From contig NC_043023.1 in the NCBI RefSeq assembly GCF_006345805.1, positions 15,190,001 to 15,254,000 on the forward strand: a stretch of 64,000 nt of DNA, written 5' to 3'. Source of the DNA: Octopus sinensis (lineage: Eukaryota). Below the pieces are notes generated by a model. The model did not search any database, was not told the origin of the DNA, and saw only the letters and a program-made list of their open reading frames with translations. A program made the position numbers and the translations under genes. This document shows positions 23,740 through 37,290 of the stretch, piece after piece; within the stretch, counting starts at the first letter, position 1; every line of letters begins with the position of its first letter.

Positions 23740-24170
23740 TATGTAGTCTTCCTGTTGGTGCAGATAACGAAGTGCTCAGCAGACGGCCTAGGGTCAACAA
23801 AACTATCAAAATTCATCAGGAAAACTAGCTTGAGCCCAGATATCGTACCCCATCCTAGATCAATAGAGGAACTGATTTCGATTCAATCCACTACGCCGTT
23901 CGATAGGAGAACAACTGAAGCGCTTATATTGAGCACTGAAAGATACGACAGTTTGAAGTGAACTTCCGACTGAAGTTTCTCGCCATGGATGTTCGATCGA
24001 GAGATCTTGTGGGCAAATCACCCTACGATTTAAAGGAACAACCCTCAGTCTCTGGGAAGAACATGAGCAATGCTCTAGAGGCAATATCAGAGACAGCAGA
24101 GAGCTATTCCAGCTGGATCTGGTCGAAGAGGAATAAAGACGAAATATAAAGTTTGAAGGCATTTCTTTCT
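23740..24170 (+). mobile_element. Hero-like non-LTR retrotransposon RLE domain and C-terminus (decayed)
   Basis: LSPDIVPHPRSIEELISIQSTTPFDRRTTEA...RYDSL and AMDVRSRDLVGKS...ISETAESYSSWIWSKR resemble RPDIV...IELTVPWE...KY..L...EVG.RGF...AE.AS.WIW.KR. Confidence 0.6.
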
Positions 24171-24379
24171 GTTTAATGCTAAGGGAAGTAACTCTGAGCC
24201 ATTATAATATCACTGATGTTTCACCCCTACCATGAAATCAAACGTTATTTCTTCTTTCAGCACTAATTTGAAGGCTTAATTAACGGGGAGAAGTTACATC
24301 TAGATGAAATTTCGGGAGGTTTAAATGTAAAAGTCTCCCATTCACTGTATCTTGATATTTGATTAAATAATATCAACAA

Positions 24380-24710
24380 ATTTGCGGATTCCGTGGACAG
24401 CGAGGCTCACCAATGGAGAAGTTCTTAAGCAGAAAAGTCCGAAAATGTCGCTAGAAGCTGGGATCACAAAGCATACATTGGCATATTTCGGTCATATTAT
24501 GCGGAGAAAATCCCTGGAGAAGGACATCATGCTCAGAATGGTCAGTGGCAAGAGAGGAAGAGGCCGACCAAGAACCCGCTGGCTTGACACCATCAAGAGT
24601 GATACCGGACTGGACATGGCCAATCTGAAAGAAGTGGCCCAGGATAGAACTGACTGGAGGACACTGATCCAACGAGTGACCGAGAGTCGATTTCGACTGA
24701 TCGGATAGAG
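24380..24710 (+). mobile_element. RTE LINE 3' end
   Basis: ORF 24382-24708; paralogous to 2160-2450 and 51935-52265. Confidence 0.85.
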
Positions 24711-25114
24711 AGAAAATAAACGCTTATAGTAGGTTAGTTTGGAGATGTGTGTGACTTTTATCATACACTGATCCACTGTGAATTCTATAATTTACGTGTG
24801 TCTCACCATTACAACATTTGGTAGAATGTTCTGCGTATAAAATGAGAGGAGAAAAAAAGAGTAAGACAACTTTAATTTTCTTTCTGTTTATTAAATTAAT
24901 TCACAAAATCTGATGAGATTTAAAGAATTTAGAATAAAAGAAGAATGCTGTATCATCCGTTTCATGAGTTAGACAAGTGACATGTTTGGACCCCTAGCAC
25001 ATTCCTGAGTGAAAGATTTAACACAGATATCACACTGACATATCTAGCATGAGTGGAATTGTGATCTGTTAAATAATACTGAACACACAATTATTTACTG
25101 CAGATATCACAGTG

Positions 25115-26839
25115 CTATGGTTTCTCTCCTGTATGAATGTATTTGTGTCTATTAAAGTTACTTTTATGAGAGAATGATTTACCACAGATATCACAGGAAT
25201 ATGGTTTTTCTCCTGTATGAATGTATTTATGAGAGGTTAACTTGCTTTGATAAAAAAATGATTTACCACAAATGTCACAGGGATATGGCTTGTCTCCTGT
25301 ATGAGTGCGTTTGTGCACAGATAAACTACTTTTTCGGGAGAATGCTGTGCTACAGATATTACATTGATATGGTTGCTCTCCTGTGTGAATGTATTTATGA
25401 GAGGTTAAAGCGCTCAAACAAGGGAATGATTTACCACAAACATCACAGTGATGTGGTTTCTCCCCTGTATGAGTGTATTTGTGATAAGTAAGGCTACTTT
25501 TTTGAGAGAATGATTTACCACAAATGTCACAGGGATATAGTTTCTCTCCAGTATGAGTGTACGTATGATTACTAAGGTTACTTTTATGAGAGAACGTTTT
25601 ACCACAGATATCACACTGATATGGCTTCTCATTAGTATGAATAAGTTTGTGAGTTGTTAAATAACTTTTTAACGAAAAGGATTTACCACAAATATCACAT
25701 TGATATGGTTTCTCTCCAGTATGAATGGATTTATGATAAGCAAGGCCAGTCTTCCGAGAGAATGATTCACCACAAATATCACAGTGATATGGTTTCTCTC
25801 CTGTATGAATGGATCTATGATAAGCAAGGCCAGTCTTCCGAGAGAATGATTCACCACAAATATCACAGTGATATGGTTTCTCGCCAGTATGAATGGATTT
25901 GTGATACATAAGGGTACTGTTTTGGGAGAATGATTTACCACAAATATCACATTCATATGGTTTCTCTCCTGTGTGAGTGTATTTATGAGAAGTAAGACTA
26001 GTCTTCTGAGTGAATGACTTTCCACAGATATCACAGTAATAAGGTTTCTCTCTTGTATGAATGTATTTGTGTCTTGTTAAGCTACCTATCAGGCGGAATG
26101 ATTTATCACAGATATCACAGTGATGTGGTTTCTCTCCTAAGTGAATGTCTTTGTGAGAAAGAAGGCTACTTTTATGAGAGAATGATTTACCACAGACATC
26201 ACAGTGATATGAATTTTCTCCTGTATGAACATTTTTGTGGGAAGTCAGATGTATTTTCTGGGAGAATGACTTTCCACAGATATCACAGTGATAAGGTTTC
26301 TCTCCTGTATGAATGGATTTGTGTTTAGTTAAGTCACCTAACTGGGAGAATGATATACCACATATATCACAGGGATGTGGTTTCTCCCCTGTATGACTGA
26401 ATTTGTGGTAAGTGAGACTATTTGTTTGAGAGAATGATTTACCACAAATATCACAGCGATATGGTTTCTCTCCTGTATGAATGTATTTGTGAGAAGTAAG
26501 GTTAATTTTTTTAGAGAATGATTTACCACAAATACGACATTGATATGGTTTCTCACCTGTATGACTGTATTTGTGAGAAGTCAGGTGAACCTTCTGAAAG
26601 AATGACTTTCCACAAATATCACAGCGATACCGTTTCTCTCCTGTATGAATGTATTTGTGAGAGGTAAGGTTACTTTTCTGAGAGAATGATTTACCACAAA
26701 TATCACAATGATATTGTTTCCCCCCTGCATGAATGAATTTGTGAACAGTGAGATTTCCCTTATTAGAAAAAGTCTTTTTACAGATATCACATTGGTGTGA
26801 TAACTTTTTTCTTTCTTTTGTCATCTCTTGAGGATTCAT
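25115..26839 (-). CDS. C2H2 zinc-finger protein ZNF-b, 20 fingers, 574 aa
   Basis: ATG at 26839 (the listed ORF starts at a GTG); 14 + 20 x 28 aa; acceptor at 27204. Confidence 0.92.
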   Translation of the reverse strand: MNPQEMTKERKKLSHQCDICKKTFSNKGNLTVHKFIHAGGKQYHCDICGKSFSQKSNLTSHKYIHTGEKRYRCDICGKSFFQKVHLTSHKYSHTGEKPYQCRICGKSFSKKINLTSHKYIHTGEKPYRCDICGKSFSQTNSLTYHKFSHTGEKPHPCDICGISFSQLGDLTKHKSIHTGEKPYHCDICGKSFSQKIHLTSHKNVHTGENSYHCDVCGKSFSHKSSLLSHKDIHLGEKPHHCDICDKSFRLIGSLTRHKYIHTREKPYYCDICGKSFTQKTSLTSHKYTHTGEKPYECDICGKSFSQNSTLMYHKSIHTGEKPYHCDICGESFSRKTGLAYHRSIHTGEKPYHCDICGESFSRKTGLAYHKSIHTGEKPYQCDICGKSFSLKSYLTTHKLIHTNEKPYQCDICGKTFSHKSNLSNHTYTHTGEKLYPCDICGKSFSQKSSLTYHKYTHTGEKPHHCDVCGKSFPCLSALTSHKYIHTGEQPYQCNICSTAFSRKSSLSVHKRTHTGDKPYPCDICGKSFFYQSKLTSHKYIHTGEKPYSCDICGKSFSHKSNFNRHKYIHTGEKP

Positions 26840-27454
26840 TATTGTTCTATAGTATACAAGCACAAAATATATTTTCCTGTTCTTCTTATATATTCCTTTG
26901 TTAATTCAAATACTTCTCTAGTTATATTTTCCACAAGTCTGGTCTTTGTCAATAGCTAAAGGTAATAGAAACACCTTTGCAGATTTTTCCAAGTTCAGAC
27001 TGAATGGGAAATTCCAGGCAATGATGGCAACAAATGTTGCTATTAATTCAGATGGAATTTTTCACAGTTCTTCACCATAGATAAATTATATAAACGTGGT
27101 TATATGTATTATTTATAACATCTTCCATTAGTCTTCAAGTGATGATCAATATTCATGATGTATCTGATGTAAAAACTCCTTTATACCACTAACATCTCAT
27201 ATTCTGAAATGACACAGAAACAGTAGAAGATATAGGAAAGACTTAAAAAGCAGAGATTCAACAATAGAAAATATAATTACATTTTCATAATCATAAACTG
27301 TGGATATAATCCTTTAAGTTGTCTTTGAAATATATTCTGTTATTAAAATCATATGATACAACCTTGTGTAATGTCTACATATACACAGACTTCAGCTCCT
27401 CTTCCTTCGGATATTATGTAAAACATTAAATTACATATTATTGGACAATATTTC

Positions 27455-28650
27455 CATCTTGCTTCTTAAGACAGAAGCAAGATGGGACTTTCTCAAGATG
27501 AGCAAAGGCAAGCCGCAGCACGTCAGATGGAGTCTCAATACAGAAGGGAGATGAGACTTTTGCAAGATCAGCAAACACATGCTGCAGCATTTAATGCTTA
27601 GCCATTAAAACATTTTAATGATTAGACAGTGGTCCAAGAGAATAGCTCTCACAAACAGACTATGTATAAATGCGTTCTTCACAAATCCTGGAGCTGCTTT
27701 CAGATATAATCCATCCCATTTTTATGAAAATGATAATTTTGCCCAAATTAGTGTGCTAAACTCAAATCGTTGTTTCTGTAAAGCTTTAAAATTTCCAAAT
27801 GAAACTAATGGCATGCAATGCCCAGGCAGTAAGGTAATATTGCCAGCACTACCAGCTCCTTCTCAACCTCTTCTGGAAGGTACTTCCATCCAGTCAAAGG
27901 ACTTCCTGAACAATATCAGACAATCCTGCATCACAAATGACATTGTTTGGTGCATCTAAGGAGATAGTTGAACATGGATTTACACTGACATTCACAGTCG
28001 AAGGGCAAGTCTGTCACCTCAATGGTTCCCTGTTACCCACAAATGAACAACCAACCACATCTTCATCATCATCGTTTAATGTCTGCTTTCCATGCTAGCG
28101 TGGGTTGAATGGTTCAACCAGGATCTGGGAAACCACGAGGCTGCACCAGGCCCCATTCTGATCTGGCAGTGTTTCTACAGCTGGATGCACTTCCTAACGC
28201 CAACCACTCCGTGAGTATAGTGGGTGCTTTTTACGTGCCACCAGCCAGAGGAGGCTGGCAAATGGCCACGGTCGGTTGGTGCTTTTATGTGTCACAGGTC
28301 CTCAAAATTTACTTCATGAGTGATGTAGGACAATAAACCCAAAGGTGTCAAAACCTCAGATGATGGGTCATGTTAGATGCAGCACAAAGGAAAACATATC
28401 CACTGACAGTTTTTCAGTGCATTAAAAAATCACATACCCTCCACCCCCAATTTTCCACGACTGGTTAGGGCAAGGAATACTCAGACAAATGACAAGTCGC
28501 TTAGTCCAATTAGCTAATCTTTTACTCCACAAATGTTTTGTCATCAATGCTGCACTTTCCTATATCACCTTTTTCAACATAACTGTAATATATATATACA
28601 CACAAATTATGACATTTCAATACTGAGCAACGCCGGGTATCTCTGCTAGT
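27455..28650 (+). mobile_element. Helitron relic (Rep/helicase N-terminal part) in the ZNF-b intron
   Basis: AAFRYNPSHFY...CFCKALKFPNETNGMQC..KVILP.LPAP...KDFLNNIR, then QMTLFGA..TFTVEGQVCHLNGSLLP (Helitron motif FQMTSFGA...QGQVYH..GSLLP); terminus gagcaacgccgggtatctctgctagt at ~28625-28650. Confidence 0.7.
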
Positions 28651-29160
28651 CATTCCATAAAATATAATAGGAGAAAAATATTTTTAAAAAACATCAATAA
28701 GCAGGAGTGGCTGTGTGGTAAGTAGCTTGTTTACCAACCACATGGTTCCGGGTTCAGAAAATGGCCAAAATCGGTTTGGGTAGGTATTATTCTAAAGGTT
28801 ATAGCAATCCAGATAACCATAACGAAATCACTTCTTAATTTTATTTGTTACTAAAATTATACCAGTTTATTAATAGAATGAACTGTCAGTTTTCCAAATT
28901 AAAACTTGAAATGAAAACACTGAAATATCTACTAAAATAATGAAGTATTTATTAAAATAATTGTAATTAAAAATCTGGTGCTTTTTCATGGCCACAAGTA
29001 AAATCCAGATTTTCTAGGCATAATTTACGAAGTTTACTGGACAATAGAATTAATATCGATTTCAGACAAGCAGTATTTAAAACTTTCAAAACTGCCTGCT
29101 GTTTCCAATTAGCCAGATACATAGGCTTTTACTAAAAAGAAAATATGTCTTACATCTTAC

Positions 29161-29345
29161 CTCTTATAATATATTAGTCGGTGTTTCATAATATTTTTAA
29201 TTACACAAATAAGCGATCTAGCGAAAAAGACACATCGAAAAGCCGACACGGAACGTCAACGAAACGAATTAAGAATCCGGTTGTTGTGCTTCCCGTATTA
29301 ATAACACTTTTGTCTGATGCTAAAAGTAAAGTGGTAAATTTTTGA
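29161..29345 (-). promoter_or_regulatory. Conserved ZNF first-exon/promoter cassette 2 (for ZNF-b)
   Basis: Donor ataagag|gtaaga at 29161/29160; core motif at 29238-29268. Confidence 0.65.
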
Positions 29346-29521
29346 AAATGTGAATTGTAAGAAAAAATCCAAATAATAACAAATGATACAAAGCTAGAAG
29401 CTGACATTTGTATTGCTACTTTTACGTCCTCCGCGTACCGAACCACAATGTCAAAGAAAGCAACACGACTTGTCAGATAGTGGTGAGTGTGGGGAACAGA
29501 CACGTGTGTCTTACTCCCATC

Positions 29522-30942
29522 GAATGTTTTCCGTTTGAACGGCAGTTTTTTCTAGCGGCATCATATGAAATTGTCACCCATAATTATGACCCTAGTATCG
29601 ATCTATTGCATTTCAATCTGTTTTAGGGTTAGGAGTGGGGAAAGGGTATCTTTTTTTTCTTCAGAAATGTAAATAAATCCAATCTGTTTCTTAAACGAGG
29701 TACATATTCAAACGGCATTGATTAGTTGAAATTGCAGAAATAAAAAACAACAAATATCCTACAAACTATAGAATTTTCTCAATAAAGCCAAGAGAAAAAG
29801 ATGTTTTATAAACACATTCTACCAGTATACGAAGTTTAAAAGTGTTTAGTTAACTAGAAATTGTGTTAAAAAACTGCCGGTCAAACAGAAAAGATCCTTG
29901 TTCTCCAGCAAAAGAGTCGGATGATATAGCTACTAGATTTAAAATGTTTTGGTATAGTCTTTCTTATTTGCAAAATGATCCCTCCCCATCATTAATTTTG
30001 CTTAGATCGTTTTCAATTTTGGTTTATCGATGCAACATTGAATTCTGATTACGATCAACCCATTACTTTCTCTCGTAAATTAAAGAATCTGATGTAATTT
30101 GGCATTAAAGTTAGGAAATTTGGGTAATTTTAGCCAATCAACAGACAGTGTGTCATTAACAGCTTGTTGCCATGACAACATCACGCTGCGTTGTAGTTCA
30201 CCGTTGTCTCTGTTGATTTTTCACACTTGATTCTTCACCTTCGTGTTTTGTTTTAATCTTTCTGTTTGTTAGTATTTTAAATACTAAGTTGGCCTCCGAC
30301 TTGGTTGGCTGTTTATATCGCCTGTCTATATTGAGTGCAAACGGATCTTTTCGGTTTGAACGGCAGTTTCAAACATAATTTCTAGTTAACTAAACACTTT
30401 AAAACTTCGTATACTGGTAGAATGTGTTTATAAAGCATCGTTTTTTCTTGGCTTTATTGAGAAAATTCTGTAGTTTGTAAGATATTTCCACTTTAAAATC
30501 GAGCATTTCGGCAATTTTAACCAATCAAATACGCCCATTTGGAGTCAAATCATTCAGTGCTGTATGAATACGTCCCTTATTTAAGAAACAGAGTGGGTTT
30601 ATTTACATTTGCGAAGAAAAGAAGATACCCTTCCCCCACCCCTAACCGTTTTGTTTTTGTTGAGTTTTTGCTTTCGTTTTTTTTTCTTAATTGTTATCCA
30701 TAAATTAATTTAAGGATAACAATAAAAAAAAAAAGAAAGGCTAAAATTTAGGGTTAGGGTGATGTCTCAGTTTTAGACGCAGCAAATGATTAAACTACGT
30801 TAAACAAACAAATTACAATTTTCTCAAGAAAGCCAAGAGAAAAAAATGTTTTATTTTGATACATTCTACCAGTATACGAAGTTTTAAAGTGTTTAGTTCA
30901 CTAGAAATTTTGTTGAAAACTGCCATTAAAAGGAAAAGATCC
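29522..30942. mobile_element. Two GGATC-family MITEs (29522-29897, 30343-30942)
   Basis: Family body and GGATC/GATCC ends; the second ends 33 bp past the ZNF-c stop codon. Confidence 0.75.
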
Positions 30943-30975
30943 GGCTTAGAGTGATTTACTGCAGATATTACAGTT

Positions 30976-31944
30976 CTATGGTTTCTCTCCTGTATGAATG
31001 TTTTTATGAGAGGTTAAAGAGCGCAAGCAAGACAATGATTTTCCACAAATATCACACTCATACAGTTTCTCTCCAGTATGAATGGATTTGTGTCTAGTTA
31101 AGTCACCTAACTGGGAGAATGATATACCACAAATATCACAGGGATGTGGTTTCTCCCCTGTATGACTGACTTTGTGATAAGTAAGGCTATGCTTATAGGA
31201 GAATGATTTACCACAAATATCACAGTGATATGGTTTCTCACCTGTATGGATGAATTTGTGATTAGTAAGGTGAATTTTTTGAGAGAATGATTTACCACAA
31301 ATATCACACTGATATGGTTTCTCACCTGTATGAATGGATTTGTGAGAATTAAGGTTACTTTTTTGAGAGAATGATTTATCACAAATATCACACTGATATG
31401 GATTCTCACCTGTGTGAATGTATTTGTGATAAGTAAGGCTACTCTTATGGGAGAATGATTTACCACAAATATGACATTGATATAGTTTCTCTCCTGTATG
31501 ACTGTATTTGTGTTTAGTTAAGTCACCTAACTGGAAGAATGATATACCACAAATCTCACACTGATGTGGTTTCTCCCCTGTATGAATGTATTTGTGATAA
31601 GTAAGGCTCTGCTTATGGGAGAATGATTTACCACAAATACGACATTCATATGGTTTCTCACCTGTATGAATGAATTTGTGAGTAGTTAAATTACATTTTA
31701 ATGAAAAAGATTTACCACAGATGTCACAGTGATAAGGTTTCTCTCCTGTATGAGTGGATTTGTGTCTAGTAAGGTGACTTTTATCAGAGAATGATTTACC
31801 ACAGACATCACAGTGATATGGCTTCCTACCTGCATGAATGAATTTGTGAACAGTGAGATTTCCCTTATTACAAAAAGTCTTTTTACAGATATCACATTGG
31901 TGTGATAATTTTTCTCTTTCTTTTGTCATCTCTTGAGGATTCAT
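30976..31944 (-). CDS. C2H2 zinc-finger protein ZNF-c, 11 fingers, 322 aa
   Basis: ATG at 31944; 14 + 11 x 28 aa; acceptor at 32270; no first-exon cassette found before the next gene. Confidence 0.88.
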   Translation of the reverse strand: MNPQEMTKEREKLSHQCDICKKTFCNKGNLTVHKFIHAGRKPYHCDVCGKSFSDKSHLTRHKSTHTGEKPYHCDICGKSFSLKCNLTTHKFIHTGEKPYECRICGKSFSHKQSLTYHKYIHTGEKPHQCEICGISFFQLGDLTKHKYSHTGEKLYQCHICGKSFSHKSSLTYHKYIHTGENPYQCDICDKSFSQKSNLNSHKSIHTGEKPYQCDICGKSFSQKIHLTNHKFIHTGEKPYHCDICGKSFSYKHSLTYHKVSHTGEKPHPCDICGISFSQLGDLTRHKSIHTGEKLYECDICGKSLSCLRSLTSHKNIHTGEKP

Positions 31945-33278
31945 TATTGTTCTATAGTATACAAGCACAAAATATAATTTTGCTTCCTTTCTTATATATT
32001 TCTATTGCTTATATTTCCAGCAGTTCTGATCTTCATCAATATCTGAAGATGATACAAACACCCTTGCAGATATCTCCCGCTCCAAACAGAATGTGAAATA
32101 CTTTAGCAAATATTCCAGGCAATGATGGAAACAAATGTTGCCATTAATTCAGAAGAAATATTTCAGTTTTCCACCATAGACAAATCGTATAAACAGAGTT
32201 ATGTCAAATATTTATAACATCTTCCATTAGATGATCAATATTCATGAAGTATCACTAACATTTCACCTCCTGAAATGACACAGAAACAGAAGAAGATATA
32301 GGAAAGACTTAAAAAGCAGAGATTCAACTATAAAAAAAATATAACTACATCTTCATAATGATAAACTGTGGATATAATCCTTTAATTTGTCTTTGAAATT
32401 TATTTATGGTAATTTATAATATGGTAACCCTTTTGTTACCATATTTCTGCTGAGATTCAGTGTGTTTCTTTCAATTATTTTAAATATAATAAAGAACTTA
32501 GTAAACTAACTTAGTTATTCAACTAGTGTTAGGAACATAAATTGTAACTAAGGTTCCGTGGAAGATTTTAATTCAAAACTTATGGAAAGACATTTTTCCA
32601 CAGAGCCAGAGCCGGTTTTGGCCGGGTTAGTAACAAAAGGGTGTGGTCTTTGAAATTTATTTTGTTATTAAAATTATATGATACAACCTTGTGTAATGTC
32701 TACATATACACGGACTTCAGTTCCTCTTCCTTCAGATATTATGTAAAACATTATCCCTTTAGTGTTCAGATTATTCTGTTAAATGTAATTCTTTTTCACT
32801 CAAATTGCTTTGAATTAATCATGCATTATCTTATAGCTTTCAGGTTTCAATGATGTGATTGTTTATTTCTAGAATGTCAATGTAGGTTAGGTGTGAGAGG
32901 CCAGATACCGCCAGTTTGAATATAAAACATGCAGAATATCTGGGCCTGATATGGCCGGTTTAAACAATAAAGGGTTCAACTATAGGATATTGGACAATAA
33001 TATGATAAGTGACTACTGTTTAACCCTAGGTTATCCCTGACTGAGCAGATCTATTATTAATGAAATTAGGTAATGTTCATGATTGTTACAACTTCTGTAA
33101 CAGATCAAACATAAACATAAACTACAATTTAGTGAACCAACCCATCATGACTTTTCCTCTCGTAACTTTATTAATAATAAAAACAAACTGCACTCACATA
33201 TGTTGAAGGTGTGGTCACTAATTTAGAGAAAGTGTTCTGTGAATTGACGCATGAAGAGGAGAGCCAGAACAGAATGGC

Positions 33279-33610
33279 GATCCTTCGGTATAGGTACACA
33301 CGTGACTTTACAATTCTGAAGATAACAGAAACCCTTTTCTCCCCCCCCCTACATATGAAAAAACACCTTTTTGAAATGTATCCGGTACTTCCGGAAGTAC
33401 ACCGTACTTATACAGTAAGATCGCCTTTCTTTTTAAAACAAATTAAATAAAACACAAAAGCATAGGTACTACTAGCGAAGACTGGACCTGGTACGCGCTA
33501 GCTAGTCGTAAGTAGTCGATCCTACAACGAAAATTTTAGGAAAAAAGTAAATAAGTAAGAAATAACTGCAAACTTTTACCGATGAGTGTGTTAAATTATA
33601 AGGCACAAAA
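33279..33610. mobile_element. GGCGATC mini-MITE (33279-33426) plus GGTAC-family MITE left part (from ~33466)
   Basis: ggcgatc...gatcgcc; ggtactactagcgaag...; 33527-33605 is the reverse complement of 57950-58030, next to the Merlin transposase relic. Confidence 0.6.
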
Positions 33611-34999
33611 AGAAAATGACTTTCCCCAGACACAACAGAATATGCTTCAATACACGAATTCATATAAAGAATCTTGCAAACCAAATAGAATTAATATGTT
33701 TCTTTATTACCCACAAGGGGCGAAACACGGACGGGACAGACAAACGGATTAAGTCGATCACATTGACCCCAGTGCGTAACTGGTACTTAGTTTATCGACC
33801 CCGAAGGATGAAAGGCAAAGTCGACCTTGGTGGAATTTGAACCCAGAACGTAACGGCGGACGAAATTAATATTGATGTCAGACTAGCAACATTGAATACT
33901 TTCATTATTGTCTGGAGGGTACTTGTCTATTGTCGTGGTCCCGGTTTCGCACACGCGAATTCGCGCGCCAGACGTAGGTACTCGATACTCGAGATCCTAC
34001 GAGGTGACTTGCGCATGCGCAGTGCAGAATTCGCGCATGCGCGTTAATCCCCCCCCTAAAAAAAAGGTGTTGGATTTCACTAAAAATATATGTGTGTGTG
34101 TGTGTGTATATATAACATTTTCAATTTTACACAAAAAAATTACATAGTCGCTTTCCTCGCGGATTTACAGATAAATGAATTAATTACTATTTTACAGAAT
34201 AAAATTAATGAATTAATTATATAAATTAAATAATTCTTGAAAATTAATTAATATTAATAATATTTTTTGAACAAAGTAAATAATTTATAAAACTTGGTTA
34301 ATAATTTTTTTTACACAAACGCGAACGTATATAATTTGTGAAACTTTTTTCTTTTTTACAGACGTATATAATTTGGTAAACTTAATGAATTAATTTCTTC
34401 TCATCATCATCATCGTTTAACGTCCGTTCTCCATGCCAGCATGGGTTGGACGGTTCGACCGGGGATCTGGGAAGCCAGAAGGCTGCACCAGACTCCAGTC
34501 TTATCTGGCAATGTTTCTACAGCTGGATGCCCTTCCTAACGCCAACCACTCCGAGAGTGTAGTGGGTGCTTTTTACATGCCACCCGCACAGGTGCCAGGC
34601 GAGGCTGGCAACGGCCACAGTCGGATTGGTGCCAGTCGAGGCGGCTCTGGCATCGGCCACGATTCGGATAGTGCTTTTTACGTACCACCAGTCCAGGGGT
34701 CCTGGCATTTGCCGGGTGTCACACTTGCCCCAACATGTCTTCGCAAGCAAAGGGGGTTGGCATGGGTGCCTGTCGTGGGATGAGGTTCGATATCAACTTC
34801 GCTTGCCTCAACAGGTCTTTGTGTATAAATGTATAAATTTTTCGCACTAAATTCTTTCCGTAGAATTTATCAAAAAACGCGCAAAATTATTCCGTAGAAT
34901 TTATCAAATTAAAAAACGCAAAATTAATATATTTTTTGAGGGAAGTACATTTTTGCCAGACAACGTTTTGGACTCGATGAATCCAGTTATAACCCAGAG

Positions 35000-35550
35000 G
35001 ACGGTATAACTGTTGCATTGTACTACAGCAGCTAATTTTTAAGGATGATTGTAAGACATGGTCAGACACAGAAAAAGTAAGGTTATTATGACATAAATGA
35101 GCCCCATCTGAGTATGAACATTATTTTAATTTCATATTACCCGAAAAAACTCAATGAAATTTGTTTTAAAGAAACAATAGAATTACTGTCTAACATATTC
35201 GGTGATAAAACTTCTCTAACACTTGGATGGTGTTTTGGAATATAATGAAAAGAGAGGATGGTGATTTTATCACATACGCAGGAACAATTAACAGAATGTG
35301 TGAATATTTTTAAACTCAAAGAATTTACACCTAAAATATTCAGGTGTCTTCTTTTGGTACAAGGCCTTACAACACTGAATATACAGAAATTCACACTGCA
35401 GAACTAAATTCTGAAGATTAACCATTAAAGATCCTAGAGGGCTCTGAACAGAAACAAAATTCGTACACGTAAAAATGATTGGAATACATATTAAACTTCA
35501 GTTAGACATTGGAAGTGATATTTCAATAATAAATATGGATACAGTGAACT
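35000..35550 (+). mobile_element. Ty3/gypsy gag-protease relic (K02A2.6-like)
   Basis: LPEK.NEICFKETIELLSNIFG, NIMKREDGDFITYAGTINR, IFRCLLLVQGLT; protease-like IKLQLDIGSDISII. Confidence 0.7.
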
Positions 35551-36934
35551 CTCCCTACTATGCCAGTTTTGCAGATGCCCAGAGAGCATGGGGCACTATC
35601 CGAAAGTTTATGCAGCAGAAGAGCAGCGGAGAACCCAGGGTCATGCAGGCGTATGATAGGCTAGACAATGAAATGAATGAAAACCGCCGAAAGTAGATGA
35701 GTCAGCCGACAATTTTTGAGAGCTTCAGGATTAACTGAAAGCAATTTGAACTTAATAAACATGGATGTCTTCTTTTTACCATTGCATTGAACTTCTTATT
35801 GGCCTTACTTCCTACTCTATGAATTTTTATTTTTGGTTATGTAGTGTTTAGATAACAGACCCTCGGTACTATGCCACTCTGGCTCAGTCCCACAGGGTGG
35901 CAAAGTAGCGAGAGTTGACTGTATATGGAAGAAAATAGGGAAACCTATCTCTTCTACATGTTTCAGTCATTTCACAGTGGCCATGGTGGAGCACCACCTT
36001 TAGTCAAGCAAATAAACACCAGGACTTATTCTTTGTAAGCCCAATACTTATTCTATCAGTCACTTTTGCCGAACCGCTAAGTTACAGAGACATAAACGCA
36101 CCAGCTTCAATTGTCAAGCGATGTTGGGGGGAGAAATATAGACATACAAACTTACACACACACACACACATATATATATATACATATATATGATGGGCTT
36201 CTTTCAGTTTTTGTCTACCAAATCCACTTACAAGGTTTCAGTCGGTCCGAGGCTATAGTAGAAAACATTTGCCCAAGGTGCCAGATAGTGGGACTGAACC
36301 CGGAACCTTATGGTTCAGAAGCAAGAAACTTACCACACAGCCACTCCTATGCCTATACTCTTTTACTTGTTTCAGTCATTTGACTGGAGCACCGCCTTTA
36401 ATCAAGCAAATCGACCCCAGGACTTATTCTTTTGTAAGCCCAGTACTTATGATATCGGTCTCTTTTGCCGAACCACTAAGTGACGGGGACATAAACACAC
36501 CAGCATCGGTTGTCAAGCAATGCTAGGGGGACAAACACAAACACACATATATATATATATATGACGGGCTTCTTTCAGTTTCCGTCTACCAAATCCGCTC
36601 ACAAGGCTTTGGTCAAGCCAAGGCTATAGTAGAAGACACTTGACCAAGATGCCATGCAGTGGGGCTGAACCCGGAACCTTATGGTTCATAAGCAAGCTAC
36701 TTTCCACACAGCCACTCCTGCGCCTATGTTGAGAAAAACAGCAAAATTTCTTTGTAGCATGACGGGTGACAAATTAAATTTCATAGGCGAAATGTGGGGA
36801 TAAGTCACATTTCAAGTGAAAGCATGCAATGTCTTCATTGTTAAATATGTTGATTATCTGTTTGGTACCAATTTTTTTTTTTCTTGTTTCAGCTCAGAGC
36901 TGCGGCCATGCTGATGCACCGCCGTTTTGTACTA

Positions 36935-37290
36935 GAATGTTATTACGAAGAACTTCCTCTAATGTGTGGCACTTGGTGAAGAATGGAGTTTGATATAGCT
37001 ACTCTCATTTGCACCTCTTGCCGTGAGGTAGGTTCATCTGGGACTCTCGACAGGAAGATGTCCAGCTTTGATTTAAAAATCACTACATCTACCTTGTGCA
37101 AGTTCCTCAGACTCTTTGGGAGAATATTAAAAAGCTGTGGGCCCTTGAAACCCAGCCTGTTGCAGAAGCTGGTCCTGAAGCATGATGTCATTGCCGGGAT
37201 CTTTGGCACTATGCAATGTTGTCCCGTTCTAAAATTGCTGTAGCTTACAATGCAATTGGTTAGAATTATTCAACATGGGACTTCCCTATA
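36935..37290 (-). mobile_element. CR1/L2-group LINE 3' end
   Basis: GPQLFNILPKSLRN...FKSKLDIFLSRVPDEP; same family as 42770-43275. Confidence 0.75.

Noticed and set aside
35550-35700. Tail of ORF 35475-35696 / 61771-61992 as a host gene exon
   Set aside because: Fused to a gypsy protease relic; both copies belong to the segmental duplication, so their conservation is uninformative.
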